This document shows positions 37,768 through 47,829 of a DNA stretch of 64,000 nt, in pieces. The stretch covers positions 1 through 64,000 of IMG/VR virus record IMGVR_UViG_3300025126_000016; one strand, written 5' to 3'. Within the stretch, counting starts at the first letter, position 1. Each line of letters begins with the position of its first letter. This DNA comes from a virus. Its lineage: Duplodnaviria; Caudoviricetes. The position numbers were made by a program, and so were the translations under genes. Under the pieces are notes generated by a model, which saw only the letters and a program-made list of their open reading frames with translations, was not told the origin of the DNA and made no database searches.

Positions 37768-38058
37768 ATGCGTAATTACAAACTGAAAATCGCCCTGCGT
37801 TCGGCTCTCACCAAGAAGATTGAGGCCATCAAGTATTTCCGTGACTTCACCGGCTGTGGTCTGGTGCAGGCCAAGGAGGTGGTCGAACGGTTCGGAGAGA
37901 ATAATTTCGAGATTATTCTGACCGAGCAGCAATTGGGCCGGTTAATGTATCTGCGGGACCATTCGAACAAGACCGGATACCCCCACGTATGGGGTTCGAT
38001 CTATGAGTGTGAACCCTACGGCTCGAACGATATACTCGACATGCGGAATCCGGGATGA
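37768..38058 (+). CDS. ribosomal protein bL12 C-terminal-domain-like protein
   Basis: KKIEAIKYFRDFTGCGLVQAKEVVE matches KIxxIKxxRxxTGxGLxEAKxxVE. Confidence 0.75.
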   Translation: MRNYKLKIALRSALTKKIEAIKYFRDFTGCGLVQAKEVVERFGENNFEIILTEQQLGRLMYLRDHSNKTGYPHVWGSIYECEPYGSNDILDMRNPG

Positions 38059-38177
38059 AACGGTCCCGCTTCAAGCACATCCTGTGCAATTCGCAATGGT
38101 GGCTGGTATTCGTCAACTCTCGGGGGGACGAATACTGGCTGCGGCCTGTGGCCGAGCAAGGCCAACGTTTCCGCTAA
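38055..38177 (+). CDS. small hypothetical protein (40 aa)
   Basis: ATGA overlap with the upstream stop; MKRSRFKHILCNSQWWLVFV... Confidence 0.45.
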   Translation: MKRSRFKHILCNSQWWLVFVNSRGDEYWLRPVAEQGQRFR

Positions 38178-38191
38178 CCGGAGTAATTCCA

Positions 38192-38269
38192 ATGTTCGAT
38201 GATCTTGCAGAGCAATCTGAATATCCAACCGAGGAGGACGAAGATGTGTGCGATACCCCAACCAACTGA
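38192..38269 (+). CDS. 25-aa acidic peptide
   Basis: GGAG RBS; MFDDLAEQSEYPTEEDEDVCDTPTN*. Confidence 0.35.
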   Translation: MFDDLAEQSEYPTEEDEDVCDTPTN

Positions 38270-38447
38270 GGATTGGCCATGTTCGGCCATGTATCATGAG
38301 GACGAGAACTCAGGCGCAATGTCCCTGATGTTCGAGAGACCCCTATCAGCCAATGAGAGATACAGAGTCCGCCACCAAATCACCACCAATAGCCATTGGT
38401 TGGACGAGCAGACGCTTTTCATACCTGATCTGGCATTCACCGAATAG
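38244..38447 (+). CDS. hypothetical protein
   Basis: GAGGAGG RBS before ATG 38244. Confidence 0.55.
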   Translation: MCAIPQPTEDWPCSAMYHEDENSGAMSLMFERPLSANERYRVRHQITTNSHWLDEQTLFIPDLAFTE

Positions 38448-38462
38448 GGTAATTTTTTATAC

Positions 38463-38520
38463 AAGTTGCAAACTTATTATATTTTTTTTAATTTCCGAGA
38501 GAGTCTAAAAATATATAATA
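38463..38520. repeat. dispersed AT-rich palindromic element, copy 2
   Basis: Near-identical to 35167-35223. Confidence 0.85.
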
Positions 38521-38701
38521 AGGACCAAAACTTGTTCAGCACTGGTTAAGAGACAGAGCCAGATTCACCCTCAGATGCTGGGCGTGGGTCTGGCTCTCGT
38601 CAATGCAGCCTTCGCTAAACCATCCACCATATCGACCGTCAGGTGTTTGTGACCGAGAAACTGGACGCATTCGCCATGCTCGTACTACTGGAGAAAATCA
38701 T

Positions 38702-38890
38702 ATGTACTACGTGTTTGCAATAGACCCAGAGCTGGGCGAAGAATCTGGTTCCCAAGTGATCCAGACCAACAACACTACCGAACTCAACGATGCTGTGGCC
38801 AGTCTATTGTCCGACGGGTTCGGACTCGAAACAATTCGCGTGGTCGAAGCATCCAACGCCAAGGGAGTATCTTTCAATGTCAACTCTTAA
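38702..38890 (+). CDS. hypothetical protein
   Basis: GGAGA RBS; MYYVFAIDPEL... Confidence 0.6.
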   Translation: MYYVFAIDPELGEESGSQVIQTNNTTELNDAVASLLSDGFGLETIRVVEASNAKGVSFNVNS

Positions 38891-39068
38891 ATACCAAGCC
38901 GTATCGGGCCTGAACGAACAAAAGGGATATTCGCGGGAAGGTTATAGCTGCCGATACCGTGCCCAGAACGGTAACAAGTGCGCCGTGGGTATGCTCATCA
39001 AGGACGAGGACTACACTCCCGAAAGAGGAAGCACTTCGTTTCTTCAAACGATACAAGGAGTACGTTAA
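38877..39068 (+). CDS. hypothetical protein (CxYR...KCAVGxLI family)
   Basis: SCRYRAQNGNKCAVGMLIKDEDY motif seen in phage early proteins. Confidence 0.55.
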   Translation: MSTLKYQAVSGLNEQKGYSREGYSCRYRAQNGNKCAVGMLIKDEDYTPERGSTSFLQTIQGVR

Positions 39069-39361
39069 TGAACAGCCAGTTACAGAAAAAACTAATGGCC
39101 GCGTTTCCTGATAGCGTCTACATAGCAAGTCACACTTCCACTGACTGGTCGAGCGTTCAATTCGACGGTCAGCGGCACCAAATCTGTCTGGGCGTTGAAT
39201 TCGATATCAGTGTCGCTTGTGCGATTGTGTCACAAATCAAGAACGAGACGCTGGACCTAGGTATCGACGGATATGTGGTTGGTCACCCGACAATTACGGA
39301 AGTGGCTCCTATTCACGACACGACATTCATAACAGTGGAGGTCGTGACCCTTAACGATTAA
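39068..39361 (+). CDS. hypothetical protein
   Basis: TAATG coupling and GGAG RBS. Confidence 0.6.
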   Translation: MNSQLQKKLMAAFPDSVYIASHTSTDWSSVQFDGQRHQICLGVEFDISVACAIVSQIKNETLDLGIDGYVVGHPTITEVAPIHDTTFITVEVVTLND

Positions 39362-39377
39362 CGAAAGGTATGCTATC

Positions 39378-39677
39378 ATGACGCAAGCAGGACCAACACC
39401 CCGACAGGCGATCTTCGATGCGATCAAGGCCGAGGTACTCATTGAAGACAAGGGCCTCGACGTTGTTGCTCTCAAGACCGATTGGGGCATGACCCTCAAG
39501 TTCCAGAGACAGAACAAGACCCTGCCGTGGAGGGTTACTTTCAACTCAAATGGTGAGAGCGGAATCTACAAACCGGAAACCGCCTCGCTCCCGAGAGTAC
39601 AGCAGAGTTACGGTCCCAACCAACTATTGGAACTGCGGGACCAGATCATTACTTATATCCGTAATGGTTACATTTAA
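39378..39677 (+). CDS. hypothetical protein
   Basis: 99-aa ORF with RBS. Confidence 0.65.
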   Translation: MTQAGPTPRQAIFDAIKAEVLIEDKGLDVVALKTDWGMTLKFQRQNKTLPWRVTFNSNGESGIYKPETASLPRVQQSYGPNQLLELRDQIITYIRNGYI

Positions 39678-39694
39678 AATCTAGGAGATTTACT

Positions 39695-39853
39695 ATGTCT
39701 GATTCGAAATTCATTCCTGTTCAGGAATTCTTCGACAATCCTCCATCCAAGGCAGATCAGCCATACAAGCTGACCATGTTCCATATAGATGGAACCCAAT
39801 CCGAGACCGTGATCGAGCATGGCACGAAGGAGAACGCTAATGGGTGCAAGTGA
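39695..39853 (+). CDS. small hypothetical protein (52 aa)
   Basis: AGGAG RBS; MSDSKFIPVQEFFDNPP... Confidence 0.55.
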   Translation: MSDSKFIPVQEFFDNPPSKADQPYKLTMFHIDGTQSETVIEHGTKENANGCK

Positions 39854-39995
39854 CTTCCAGCTAGGCTATCAGGCCTACTACCGAGACGAACCATTCGACA
39901 CGGCTCGAACCGAGCAATGGAAGGAGGGTTGGATAACTGCCGAAAATGAAGATTTCGCCGGTGAATACGAAGAAGATATGGATTACGGAGAATAA
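39840..39995 (+). CDS. small acidic hypothetical protein (51 aa)
   Basis: MGASDFQLGYQAYY...WKEGW.. pattern. Confidence 0.5.
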   Translation: MGASDFQLGYQAYYRDEPFDTARTEQWKEGWITAENEDFAGEYEEDMDYGE

Positions 39996-39997
39996 TT

Positions 39998-40333
39998 ATG
40001 ACCACGATTACCTATAAGGACCGCCGCCCCGAGACCGATCACGCAACTCGTATGCGAGTTCGCCGCGCTCGTCAGAATGCATGGACGCCAGGTTTTACTC
40101 CTGTCACTAACCAGAAAATTCTGGCTCGCATCAATGCCATGCAAACCCTGCTGACCGCAGGTTACAAGCAGCGTTTCGAGGACGGAAAGATCAAGAAGAT
40201 GCCGAGTGACAGCGCAATCCGGCAGGAAGCCGAGAATACTGTGGCCAAGACCTTGGCACAGACCCCTGTCGGTGTTCGAACCCGCCCGTTCCGTGGAACC
40301 GGCAAAGATTATCGGGTGCAGGCAAATGGGTAA
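39998..40333 (+). CDS. basic hypothetical protein
   Basis: 111-aa ORF with RBS. Confidence 0.65.
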   Translation: MTTITYKDRRPETDHATRMRVRRARQNAWTPGFTPVTNQKILARINAMQTLLTAGYKQRFEDGKIKKMPSDSAIRQEAENTVAKTLAQTPVGVRTRPFRGTGKDYRVQANG

Positions 40334-40553
40334 GCTCAACACTCGAATTCATGAACAGGAAGACCAACCAGAACAACTGTGGTTCCGGCTCAAGAGCACA
40401 GGTGTGCTCTACCGTCGAGGTCTGGACGGATTATGTATAAGTAGAGGAGGACGCATCACCTCCTTAAATTACTCTGGAGAAGTGTACAAGACTTTCGAGT
40501 CCGACAGTTATGAACCACTTCCAGAAGGAACAGTGATTGAAATCACTCTGTAG
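40326..40553 (+). CDS. hypothetical protein
   Basis: ATG overlapping the upstream gene end. Confidence 0.55.
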   Translation: MGKLNTRIHEQEDQPEQLWFRLKSTGVLYRRGLDGLCISRGGRITSLNYSGEVYKTFESDSYEPLPEGTVIEITL

Positions 40554-40564
40554 AGGAAAGTAAG

Positions 40565-41065
40565 ATGAACAAGAAGAATCTACGCAAACTCGCCAAGTAC
40601 CTGATGGCCCTGCCGAAGGATTATCGGGCATTTGAAATGCGGAGCTTTATGGAAAAGGCTACCGCCGATGAAGTTCGTGACTATATCGCCAAGAATGGCA
40701 ATATGTGCGGCAGTTGTGCTTGTGCTGTAGGGCATGGGCCACATGCTGGAATTACCCTTGAAATCTCGGATGATGATTGGGATAATTTCTTTATCTGCAA
40801 TGATGATGGAGGAGTGGCCAGCATCTGGGCGTTCTATTGCGAACATGCTTTTGACATCACGTTCGGTAACCGAGATTTCGAATGGTTCTTCGGCGGTGAG
40901 TGGGATAAGGTAGACAACACCCCGCAAGGGGCCGCTGCTCGAATCCTGTATGTGCTGGATGGAAACGAAATCCCTGACGATTTTGAGGACTCTCTTGAAT
41001 TGTCCGTAAGTTCGGATGAGGCCCAACTGGTGATGTGCCAACGCTATATGAGGTATATGAAATGA
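40565..41065 (+). CDS. hypothetical protein
   Basis: 166 aa; MCGSCACAVGHG and TPQGAAARI motifs. Confidence 0.7.
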   Translation: MNKKNLRKLAKYLMALPKDYRAFEMRSFMEKATADEVRDYIAKNGNMCGSCACAVGHGPHAGITLEISDDDWDNFFICNDDGGVASIWAFYCEHAFDITFGNRDFEWFFGGEWDKVDNTPQGAAARILYVLDGNEIPDDFEDSLELSVSSDEAQLVMCQRYMRYMK

Positions 41066-41173
41066 ACGTCCCGCAGATTTCAAAAGCGAATCCGAGACTT
41101 CGGACAAGCAGCGACAGTGTCTGGCCCCTTCGGGGGCCGGATGGCCGGACGTTTGCAGAAAGGAAAGCAGACA

Positions 41174-41440
41174 ATGAGAAAGGCGATAATCCACGTTAAC
41201 CGCCAGCATATTGGAATGAACGCCAAAGACGGGGGCGACCGTCCCGTCTACACAATCAAGAAAACCCCAAGCGCCAAGGCTCTGTATGCTCGTGAGGTCA
41301 ACATCAATGGACCGAGCAAACTGATCTATAACGGCGACCAGCTTAATTGCGGGGCCAGAGCTTGGATTGAGTGTGATTACAAGGACATAGAACCCATAGG
41401 AGGTTGGTATGACTTTAAGGAAGCCCGTAGGGCAGCATAG
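41174..41440 (+). CDS. hypothetical protein
   Basis: MRKAIIHVNRQHI...LNCGARAWIE, a recurrent phage family. Confidence 0.7.
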   Translation: MRKAIIHVNRQHIGMNAKDGGDRPVYTIKKTPSAKALYAREVNINGPSKLIYNGDQLNCGARAWIECDYKDIEPIGGWYDFKEARRAA

Positions 41441-41463
41441 ACTGTTGCCGAACCACGATTGGT

Positions 41464-42126
41464 GTGATACCTGCGGTGGTGAAGGAATCGTTTGGGTCGG
41501 GAACGGCCCGAGCGAACGAGAAGAACAGTGCGAGGAATGTGATGGGGAAGGCCAATCCGAAACTCAATGTGAAGAAGCATAAGATACTGTGGGTTGATCG
41601 CAACCGACTGGTCCTGTGCGGCCTGTTGGATAAATATCCCACAATGTCTAGTGTAACTCGCAGGATTCTGACTCCTTCAACTCATAGGTACACGGCAGCA
41701 CAGCGCATGCATATTGTCGCCACGTACTGGACTCCCGAACTTCCCCGCTCTTGGGTGTTCTATCAATTTGAACGCATGGGGGGTAGTTTTACTGCTGCCA
41801 AGAAAGTATTCGAACACCAAGCTTACCAAGAACCTGGCCGAAGCAAGTATTCTTTTCTAGGGACCAACAACTTGGCCTTTATAGGTCATGAGGAAATAGA
41901 AAGGTATTACTTACGAAGAGATAGGAACGCGATCATGTCTCATCCGAGTTGGGCGATACCTTACTTCAACGATGCTCGCAAACAGGGTGTCAAGTTACAG
42001 GAGATAGCTGACCGTCTGGAACTGACGATGAATCAAGTAAAGCATATGGTCTATGATGTTGCCCCTCGGGGTATATTCAGACCAAATGTGAAGAATCCAA
42101 ATCTAGGAAATCCTTGGAAACATTGA
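41464..42126 (+). CDS. hypothetical protein with possible C-terminal HTH
   Basis: QGVKLQEIADRLELTMNQVKHMV HTH-like; start may be ATG 41542. Confidence 0.55.
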   Translation: MIPAVVKESFGSGTARANEKNSARNVMGKANPKLNVKKHKILWVDRNRLVLCGLLDKYPTMSSVTRRILTPSTHRYTAAQRMHIVATYWTPELPRSWVFYQFERMGGSFTAAKKVFEHQAYQEPGRSKYSFLGTNNLAFIGHEEIERYYLRRDRNAIMSHPSWAIPYFNDARKQGVKLQEIADRLELTMNQVKHMVYDVAPRGIFRPNVKNPNLGNPWKH

Positions 42127-42138
42127 AAGGAAATCTAA

Positions 42139-44211
42139 ATGCGTACTCTGAAAGAGGCAACCCCCGTTACCAAGAGTAATGTGGGCGAAACCAAGAGGGC
42201 GACTATTAAAGCGTCCGCTAAAATCTTCAACTTCTTCTCCGAGCAAATCTATTCGGACAAGTATACGGCAATCTGGCGCGAACTGGTGGCTAACGCTATC
42301 GACGCTCAGAAGATGAACGGTGAAACCCGGCCACCTATTGTGACCGCACCGTCAATGCTTGAGCCTTACGCCAAGGTTCGGGACTTCGGGTGCAGCATGG
42401 ACCACGAGTTCATGATGGACAAGTTCATGGCATTTACGGATGCCTCGACCAAAGAGCATTCGGATGATTTCATCGGTGGGTTCGGAATTGGTTCGAAAGC
42501 ACCGCTGGCTTACACTCAGCAGTATTCAATCAAGTGCTACCTAGGCGGAATCGTTCGGGTCTACTCCATCTTCAAGGATGAGGAAGATTGCCCGAGCATT
42601 GCATTCCTATCCGAAGATAGCACCGACGAGCCTGATGGTGTAGAGGTAGGATTTCCTGTACGTCAGGACGATGTTCAGCGTTTCACTGATACATTGGTCA
42701 AGACGCTCCAGTATTTCAATCCTCTGCCAATTCTGGAAGGCACAGAGCTTGAACTCAAGGCTATCGAATATGATGTTCGGGGCGACAAGTGGGGTATCCG
42801 TTTCTTCAAACCGAACGGTAACCGCAATGGCCGTATCATTGTAGGTGGTGTGTCATATCCTCTGGATAGTAGTGCGATCACTTACACATACAAGAACCTT
42901 CGAAAGTTCATGAACATGGGCCTCGACATTTTCCTCGACATTGGGGAAGTGAATATCGCCCTGTCTCGTGAGCATGTCACTCATGATGAGGAATTGCTGA
43001 CGAAGATCGAAAGCATCCTCGAAGGCATTGCCGAGGAATACGGCAAGCAGCTATCTGCCAAGTTTGCTGGAGCTAAGACGCTCTGGGAAGCCAAGGCATT
43101 GCTCAATGATCTGATCGAAGATGCCGACTACTCGCTGCGGGAAATCCTGCAAAATTATGCGGTGTGGGACGGAGACAAGATCACGGGCAACATCATGGCC
43201 CCGAAGCTTCCGTTGCTCTATGTCGCCTATGGTAACTTCGGTTACAACTATAAGGGTAGGCAGCACGGCCATTACGGCATCCCGACCACAGAGGCGGTCA
43301 ATCCCCGCTTCCGTGCTTGGACCGACAACTGCCGGTTCCAGCCTCATACGTTCGACATGATCGTATGGGACGATGATACCGACAAGTCCACGTTAAGGAT
43401 GCGTACCTGCGTTGAAGCCAACTCGGGTAAGCGAATCCTGATCGTTCGCAATAATGCTCCTGATGATAAGGACGATGTGACGCTCAAGCAATTCCTTGAG
43501 GCGATCGGCAATCCACCGGGCGCATTGGTCACAAAGTTGAGCAGCTACAAACCTGCAAAGGTGCATCGCAATGCGCCAGGTTCAGTGGCTACTCGTCCGT
43601 TCAGTTGCTACGTTCGGGACACCAACCCGTATGTAAACAGCAGTCGGGACCATGCCCTGCCTTCGGACGGTGGCATGTATATTGTGATGAACAACTTTGC
43701 TGCCAAGTCCAGCAGCAATGATATTCAGATTGCTCGTCGTAGCAAGCCTGAAAACATCGTGTGGCTCAACCTCACTGACTTCAAGGCAAGTGGGATTGAG
43801 AACGACCCGAAGTGGTACTCTGTCGAAGAGGGTGTCAAGAAGGTCAAGGAAGAATATCGCAAGGAATACAAAGACTTGCCAGAAGCCACTGGCTGGCACA
43901 TGGCTCGTCAGGATTATTCCATGAACGATGTTCTCCTGCATATCGACGAGTTGGCTGAGTTGGACAACTTCCCGAAGCGAGGTCCTTTGTTGCAAATTTT
44001 GCGCTTGCATGAGAAGCACAAGGACGTTACCACCACCGAGCATCAGGCAGTTCGTAGAGAACTACTCAAGGTGGACGGAACGGGTCATTTTGCCCGTATC
44101 CGTAAGTTGGTCGAAGATGTAAAGGCCAAGCATCCGCTAATTGCGGAGTTGTGCGATGATTCAATGCTGTTTCGTCGTTCATCGAATGAAATGAAAAATC
44201 GGTTGTTCTAA
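42139..44211 (+). CDS. rIIA: rIIA-like protein (GHKL ATPase N-terminus)
   Basis: YSDKYTAIWRELVANAIDA, VRDFGCSM, IGGFGIGSKAPLAY; paired with rIIB. Confidence 0.85.
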   Translation: MRTLKEATPVTKSNVGETKRATIKASAKIFNFFSEQIYSDKYTAIWRELVANAIDAQKMNGETRPPIVTAPSMLEPYAKVRDFGCSMDHEFMMDKFMAFTDASTKEHSDDFIGGFGIGSKAPLAYTQQYSIKCYLGGIVRVYSIFKDEEDCPSIAFLSEDSTDEPDGVEVGFPVRQDDVQRFTDTLVKTLQYFNPLPILEGTELELKAIEYDVRGDKWGIRFFKPNGNRNGRIIVGGVSYPLDSSAITYTYKNLRKFMNMGLDIFLDIGEVNIALSREHVTHDEELLTKIESILEGIAEEYGKQLSAKFAGAKTLWEAKALLNDLIEDADYSLREILQNYAVWDGDKITGNIMAPKLPLLYVAYGNFGYNYKGRQHGHYGIPTTEAVNPRFRAWTDNCRFQPHTFDMIVWDDDTDKSTLRMRTCVEANSGKRILIVRNNAPDDKDDVTLKQFLEAIGNPPGALVTKLSSYKPAKVHRNAPGSVATRPFSCYVRDTNPYVNSSRDHALPSDGGMYIVMNNFAAKSSSNDIQIARRSKPENIVWLNLTDFKASGIENDPKWYSVEEGVKKVKEEYRKEYKDLPEATGWHMARQDYSMNDVLLHIDELAELDNFPKRGPLLQILRLHEKHKDVTTTEHQAVRRELLKVDGTGHFARIRKLVEDVKAKHPLIAELCDDSMLFRRSSNEMKNRLF

Positions 44212-44225
44212 AGGAAGGAAGTAAA

Positions 44226-45383
44226 ATGAGTACTTTTAATGCAGGTGATAAGGTCCGTGTCTTGGTCAATGATTTTGGACAAATCGGGCCGGCTGATGAC
44301 GATTACATCGAAGAAGGTGAAATCGGCACCGTCGTAAGCTTCAATAGTGAGTCTAATATCTATTACGTTACTGGTGAAAACGCCAAGAGCAATTGGAGTT
44401 ATTACGACTACGAACTCGAAGCAGTGAAAGGAAATAACATGCACGTTGCTATGATTACCAATACCACTGGTGCTACGATTGTTATCGGGACGAATGTCCA
44501 TACGATTGCTAACGATCATCCGAATTTCGAGACCATCAAGGATGCCTATGCTGACCCAAGTCGGCACGAGGAACTTGAGGACCTGATTTCGGTGACGAAG
44601 GCCATCAACAAGCATTCGGCCAGCACCAATATCCGTGTCGAAAACGGCAAGCTGTTCTACGGCGACCGTGAAATGCGAACCGGTCTTGCTCGTCGCATCA
44701 TCCAGATGGTGAGCGAAGGCAAGGAAGGGCAGGCCGCTCCGCTTGTCAACTTCATGGGGAACGTGATGCTCAACCCGAGCTATCGCGCCGTGGAAGGTCT
44801 GTACGAGTGGCTCGAACGTTCGAACCTGCCCATCACCCCTGACGGTTGCTTCATTGCATGGAAGATGGTCCGTGATGATTACAAGGACATCTATTCCGGC
44901 AAGTTCGACAATTCGGTTGGTTGCGTGGTTGAAATTCCTCGCAATCAGGTGGACGAAAACCCTGACCGCACCTCTTCGAGTGGCCTTCACTTCTGCTCGA
45001 ATGACTATCTGTCCAGCGGTTACGCTCGTGGTGGCCGCACGATGATGGTCAAGGTCAATCCTCGTGATGTTGGTGCCTTCCCGCACGACTACAACATCAG
45101 CAAGGGCCGTTGCTGCCGCTATGAAGTGATCGAAGAGGTCACTCATGAAGAAGCACAGACCCGCTTCACTCGGACGCCGACTGCCGTGTATCGCGGCGGA
45201 ACGCAAGCCCGCAAGATTGTCGAACGTCTCGACACTCGGGGCGACCGTGCCGAAATCACTCTCGTCTTTACTGACGGGTCTCGGCAGACCACGAAGAATC
45301 GCCTCGGTGATACTACTTCGTATGAACAGAAGGGCGATACCGTGACGCTGCTGCCTTCGGGCCGTACGATCACCCTCGACTAA
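44226..45383 (+). CDS. rIIB: rIIB-like protein
   Basis: LPITPDGCFIAWKMVRDDYKDIYSG..V.IPRNQVDENPDRTSSSGLHFC..KGRCCRYEV. Confidence 0.88.
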   Translation: MSTFNAGDKVRVLVNDFGQIGPADDDYIEEGEIGTVVSFNSESNIYYVTGENAKSNWSYYDYELEAVKGNNMHVAMITNTTGATIVIGTNVHTIANDHPNFETIKDAYADPSRHEELEDLISVTKAINKHSASTNIRVENGKLFYGDREMRTGLARRIIQMVSEGKEGQAAPLVNFMGNVMLNPSYRAVEGLYEWLERSNLPITPDGCFIAWKMVRDDYKDIYSGKFDNSVGCVVEIPRNQVDENPDRTSSSGLHFCSNDYLSSGYARGGRTMMVKVNPRDVGAFPHDYNISKGRCCRYEVIEEVTHEEAQTRFTRTPTAVYRGGTQARKIVERLDTRGDRAEITLVFTDGSRQTTKNRLGDTTSYEQKGDTVTLLPSGRTITLD

Positions 45384-45396
45384 TCTGATCGACTAG

Positions 45397-45441
45397 AGAC
45401 TGGCAGGACTTCCCTATTCGTCCTGTCAGTCTCACCTTTTT
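45397..45441 (+). terminator. intrinsic terminator
   Basis: GAGACTGGCAGGAC...GTCCTGTCAGTCTC followed by T tract. Confidence 0.7.
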
Positions 45442-45453
45442 GGAGTATCTGAA

Positions 45454-45921
45454 ATGACTGATGCAGAACGAGAAGAACTTGAAACTCTTCGTGCCAAAGT
45501 GGCCAATATGGAGAGAATACAAGCAGACTATCAAAACCCTGATGTGCTACTTCTACAAGGTAGATTAGGTCACTACGAAGGAGAATACTCTGCGATTTCA
45601 GTAAAGACCCAAACCGGTCTAGTGTATCTGGCCGAAGCCGTAGAAGATATGGTGTCTTGGCAAGGTTCCATCATGACTATTCAATTTCACATAGCGACTG
45701 AACCTCTCAACTTCTATGAGCTTGAGGAAAATCTAGTTAAAACCGCTATGGGCAACACCACTGCGAAGTATTCTCACGCTTATTCTGACCTGACGGGCTG
45801 CTTGTGGACTAACGAAGAAGTCAAAGTCGATAAGCACGACATTCTGAGAGAAATCTGCTCTATTATGAGTTCAATGAAGGGGGACAAATACATTGCCTTT
45901 AGGGCCGAGAAGAAGTCATGA
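45454..45921 (+). CDS. hypothetical protein
   Basis: 155-aa ORF with RBS. Confidence 0.7.
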   Translation: MTDAEREELETLRAKVANMERIQADYQNPDVLLLQGRLGHYEGEYSAISVKTQTGLVYLAEAVEDMVSWQGSIMTIQFHIATEPLNFYELEENLVKTAMGNTTAKYSHAYSDLTGCLWTNEEVKVDKHDILREICSIMSSMKGDKYIAFRAEKKS

Positions 45922-46302
45922 TTTCTTTTTTTATTTGGGGTTATCGTAGGTCTGGTGATAATTGCTTGGGGATGGAGAAAGGAAGCTAAATCCTCCAAGC
46001 GACTCTACCAGTGGAGACAAGAGCAGGTTGGAAATCTTCTCGTAAAGATTAATAAAAAACCTTCTATCCCCACAGGCGGGGGCGGTGGGTTCAATCCCGC
46101 TCCGCAGCAGACCAGGATTTTTGGGAATGCCAAGACCGAAGTTATGATCGCCGAATGGCTGGAGCAGCAGTGGTCGCCGCTTGGGGACGACATCACAGAC
46201 ATGGAAAATTCAAGACAAATCGCCGCTCGTATTCGTAGAGGAGAATATCTCAATGAACTTGTATCGACTGAAAGACGGGACCTTTGTAGGGACGCAGGCT
46301 GA
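45918..46302 (+). pseudogene. membrane-anchored protein with an apparent +1 frameshift in a T7 run
   Basis: ATG 45918 overlaps the upstream stop; removing one T at 45926-45932 gives MISFLFGVIVGLVIIAWGWRK... Confidence 0.5.
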
Positions 46303-46603
46303 TGCCAAGCAGTCAGGACAAGAATGGGAACCCTTCGACTTCCCAATCAACCCCAAATCCGACACCATCCAAGCGCTCAACCGACTTGTTGCGGAAGAGG
46401 CACCACAAGCGCCGCAACCAGCAGAGCCGACGACGGACGAGGTAACCTTCGCCGAACGCATGGTGACACAAACCGCTGATGGAAAGCAGACAGTGGAAGG
46501 TGCTGTCGAACTCATTATGACATGTAGCTCCATCACGTTGGGCCGACTCTCAAAGGCGGTCGCAATCCGCTTTGGAGAATTAGCGAAAAGGAAACGGAAA
46601 TGA
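46253..46603 (+). CDS. hypothetical protein
   Basis: GAGGAG RBS; MNLYRLKDGTFVGTQADAK. Confidence 0.7.
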   Translation: MNLYRLKDGTFVGTQADAKQSGQEWEPFDFPINPKSDTIQALNRLVAEEAPQAPQPAEPTTDEVTFAERMVTQTADGKQTVEGAVELIMTCSSITLGRLSKAVAIRFGELAKRKRK

Positions 46604-46791
46604 CCTACTATACCCTCGGGTCCAAAGAACGACCCATGTACAATCCTGAGGATGATCCGCAGCATTGCTTCATCACTCTGGAAGAGAGGCTGAGGAAGTT
46701 GGAGTTTCTGGAAAAGGAACTACCCGAGGCGAAGTTGACCCATGTGTGGTACATTCAGGGTCTGTTCCACGCCTATAGATGTGGAGAGTAA
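46600..46791 (+). CDS. hypothetical protein
   Basis: ATGA coupling. Confidence 0.55.
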   Translation: MTYYTLGSKERPMYNPEDDPQHCFITLEERLRKLEFLEKELPEAKLTHVWYIQGLFHAYRCGE

Positions 46792-46792
46792 A

Positions 46793-47488
46793 ATGGTTAC
46801 TGTAGTAAGCCTGTTCGACGAGAGCGGAAACATGGGCCGACCGTGGGCCGAGAGAGGCGCGGCGGTATATTGTTTCGACACTCAGAACAAGAACACGGTA
46901 AAGCACACTGACGGTGGCGGCATCATGTTCTTCTTCGATAATGATCTTAACGACGATGCTGTAATCCAGAACATTCACGAAATTGTCCGGCCCGACATCA
47001 TCTTTGGTTTCCCGCCCTGCACTGATCTTGCAGTCTCGGGTGCTGCTCACTTTGAGAATAAACGTATCAAGGATGTCAACTTCCAGATCAATGCTGTATC
47101 ACTTGCTCGTCAGGTTGAAAAGCTAGGTAATCTGACAGGCAAACCTTGGTTCGCAGAGAATCCGGTATCGGTCCTCTCGACCATGTGGCGCAAGCCCGAT
47201 CACATGTTTCACCCTTATGAGTATGGCGGGTATCTGCCGGAAGATGATGTTCACCCTCGTTGGCCCGACTATATTGCGCCGCGAGACAAATACCGCAAGA
47301 AAACCTGCCTATGGACCGGCAATGGTTTCATCATGCCCCTGAAGAAATCTGTGGGCGACCCTGGTGCAGATTCGGCTCAACACAGTAAGTTGGGCGGCAA
47401 GTCTGCCAAGACGAAACAAATTCGTAGTGAGACCCCTCGTGGTTTCGCTCAAGCAGTAATGGAGGTTAATTATGCAGCTGCCAGTTGA
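46793..47488 (+). CDS. C5-cytosine DNA methyltransferase-like protein
   Basis: VVSLFDESG (motif I), FGFPPCTDL (catalytic PC), AENPV (motif VI), RSETPRGFA. Confidence 0.8.
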   Translation: MVTVVSLFDESGNMGRPWAERGAAVYCFDTQNKNTVKHTDGGGIMFFFDNDLNDDAVIQNIHEIVRPDIIFGFPPCTDLAVSGAAHFENKRIKDVNFQINAVSLARQVEKLGNLTGKPWFAENPVSVLSTMWRKPDHMFHPYEYGGYLPEDDVHPRWPDYIAPRDKYRKKTCLWTGNGFIMPLKKSVGDPGADSAQHSKLGGKSAKTKQIRSETPRGFAQAVMEVNYAAAS

Positions 47489-47829
47489 AGGATACCGCCC
47501 TGCCCCCGGAATTTGGGGGTTATGTCCGAGAAATCACTCTCTTGGATTCCAAAAATGTTATCGCCATTAGTGTGAGGGCAAACCAGAGTAAGAAAGGCAC
47601 TGGAAAAATCTGGCGTAAAGCGATCTATGTCTTGGATGAAAAATCCAATGATTGGGACTTTCTATGCGAGGTAAGAAAAACCACTACTTGGAGAGGACCA
47701 TCATTCAAGGTTGATTACTTTCCAAACGGAGCAAACGGCAGAGCCGCAGGGAAATGGTGTGACTCTTGGTTTAACGACGAGGCAGACGCCGAGAAATTTA
47801 TGGACCTGACATGGGAGTTCTTTGTATGA
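47485..47829 (+). CDS. hypothetical protein
   Basis: Overlapping start/stop with neighbours. Confidence 0.55.
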   Translation: MKDTALPPEFGGYVREITLLDSKNVIAISVRANQSKKGTGKIWRKAIYVLDEKSNDWDFLCEVRKTTTWRGPSFKVDYFPNGANGRAAGKWCDSWFNDEADAEKFMDLTWEFFV

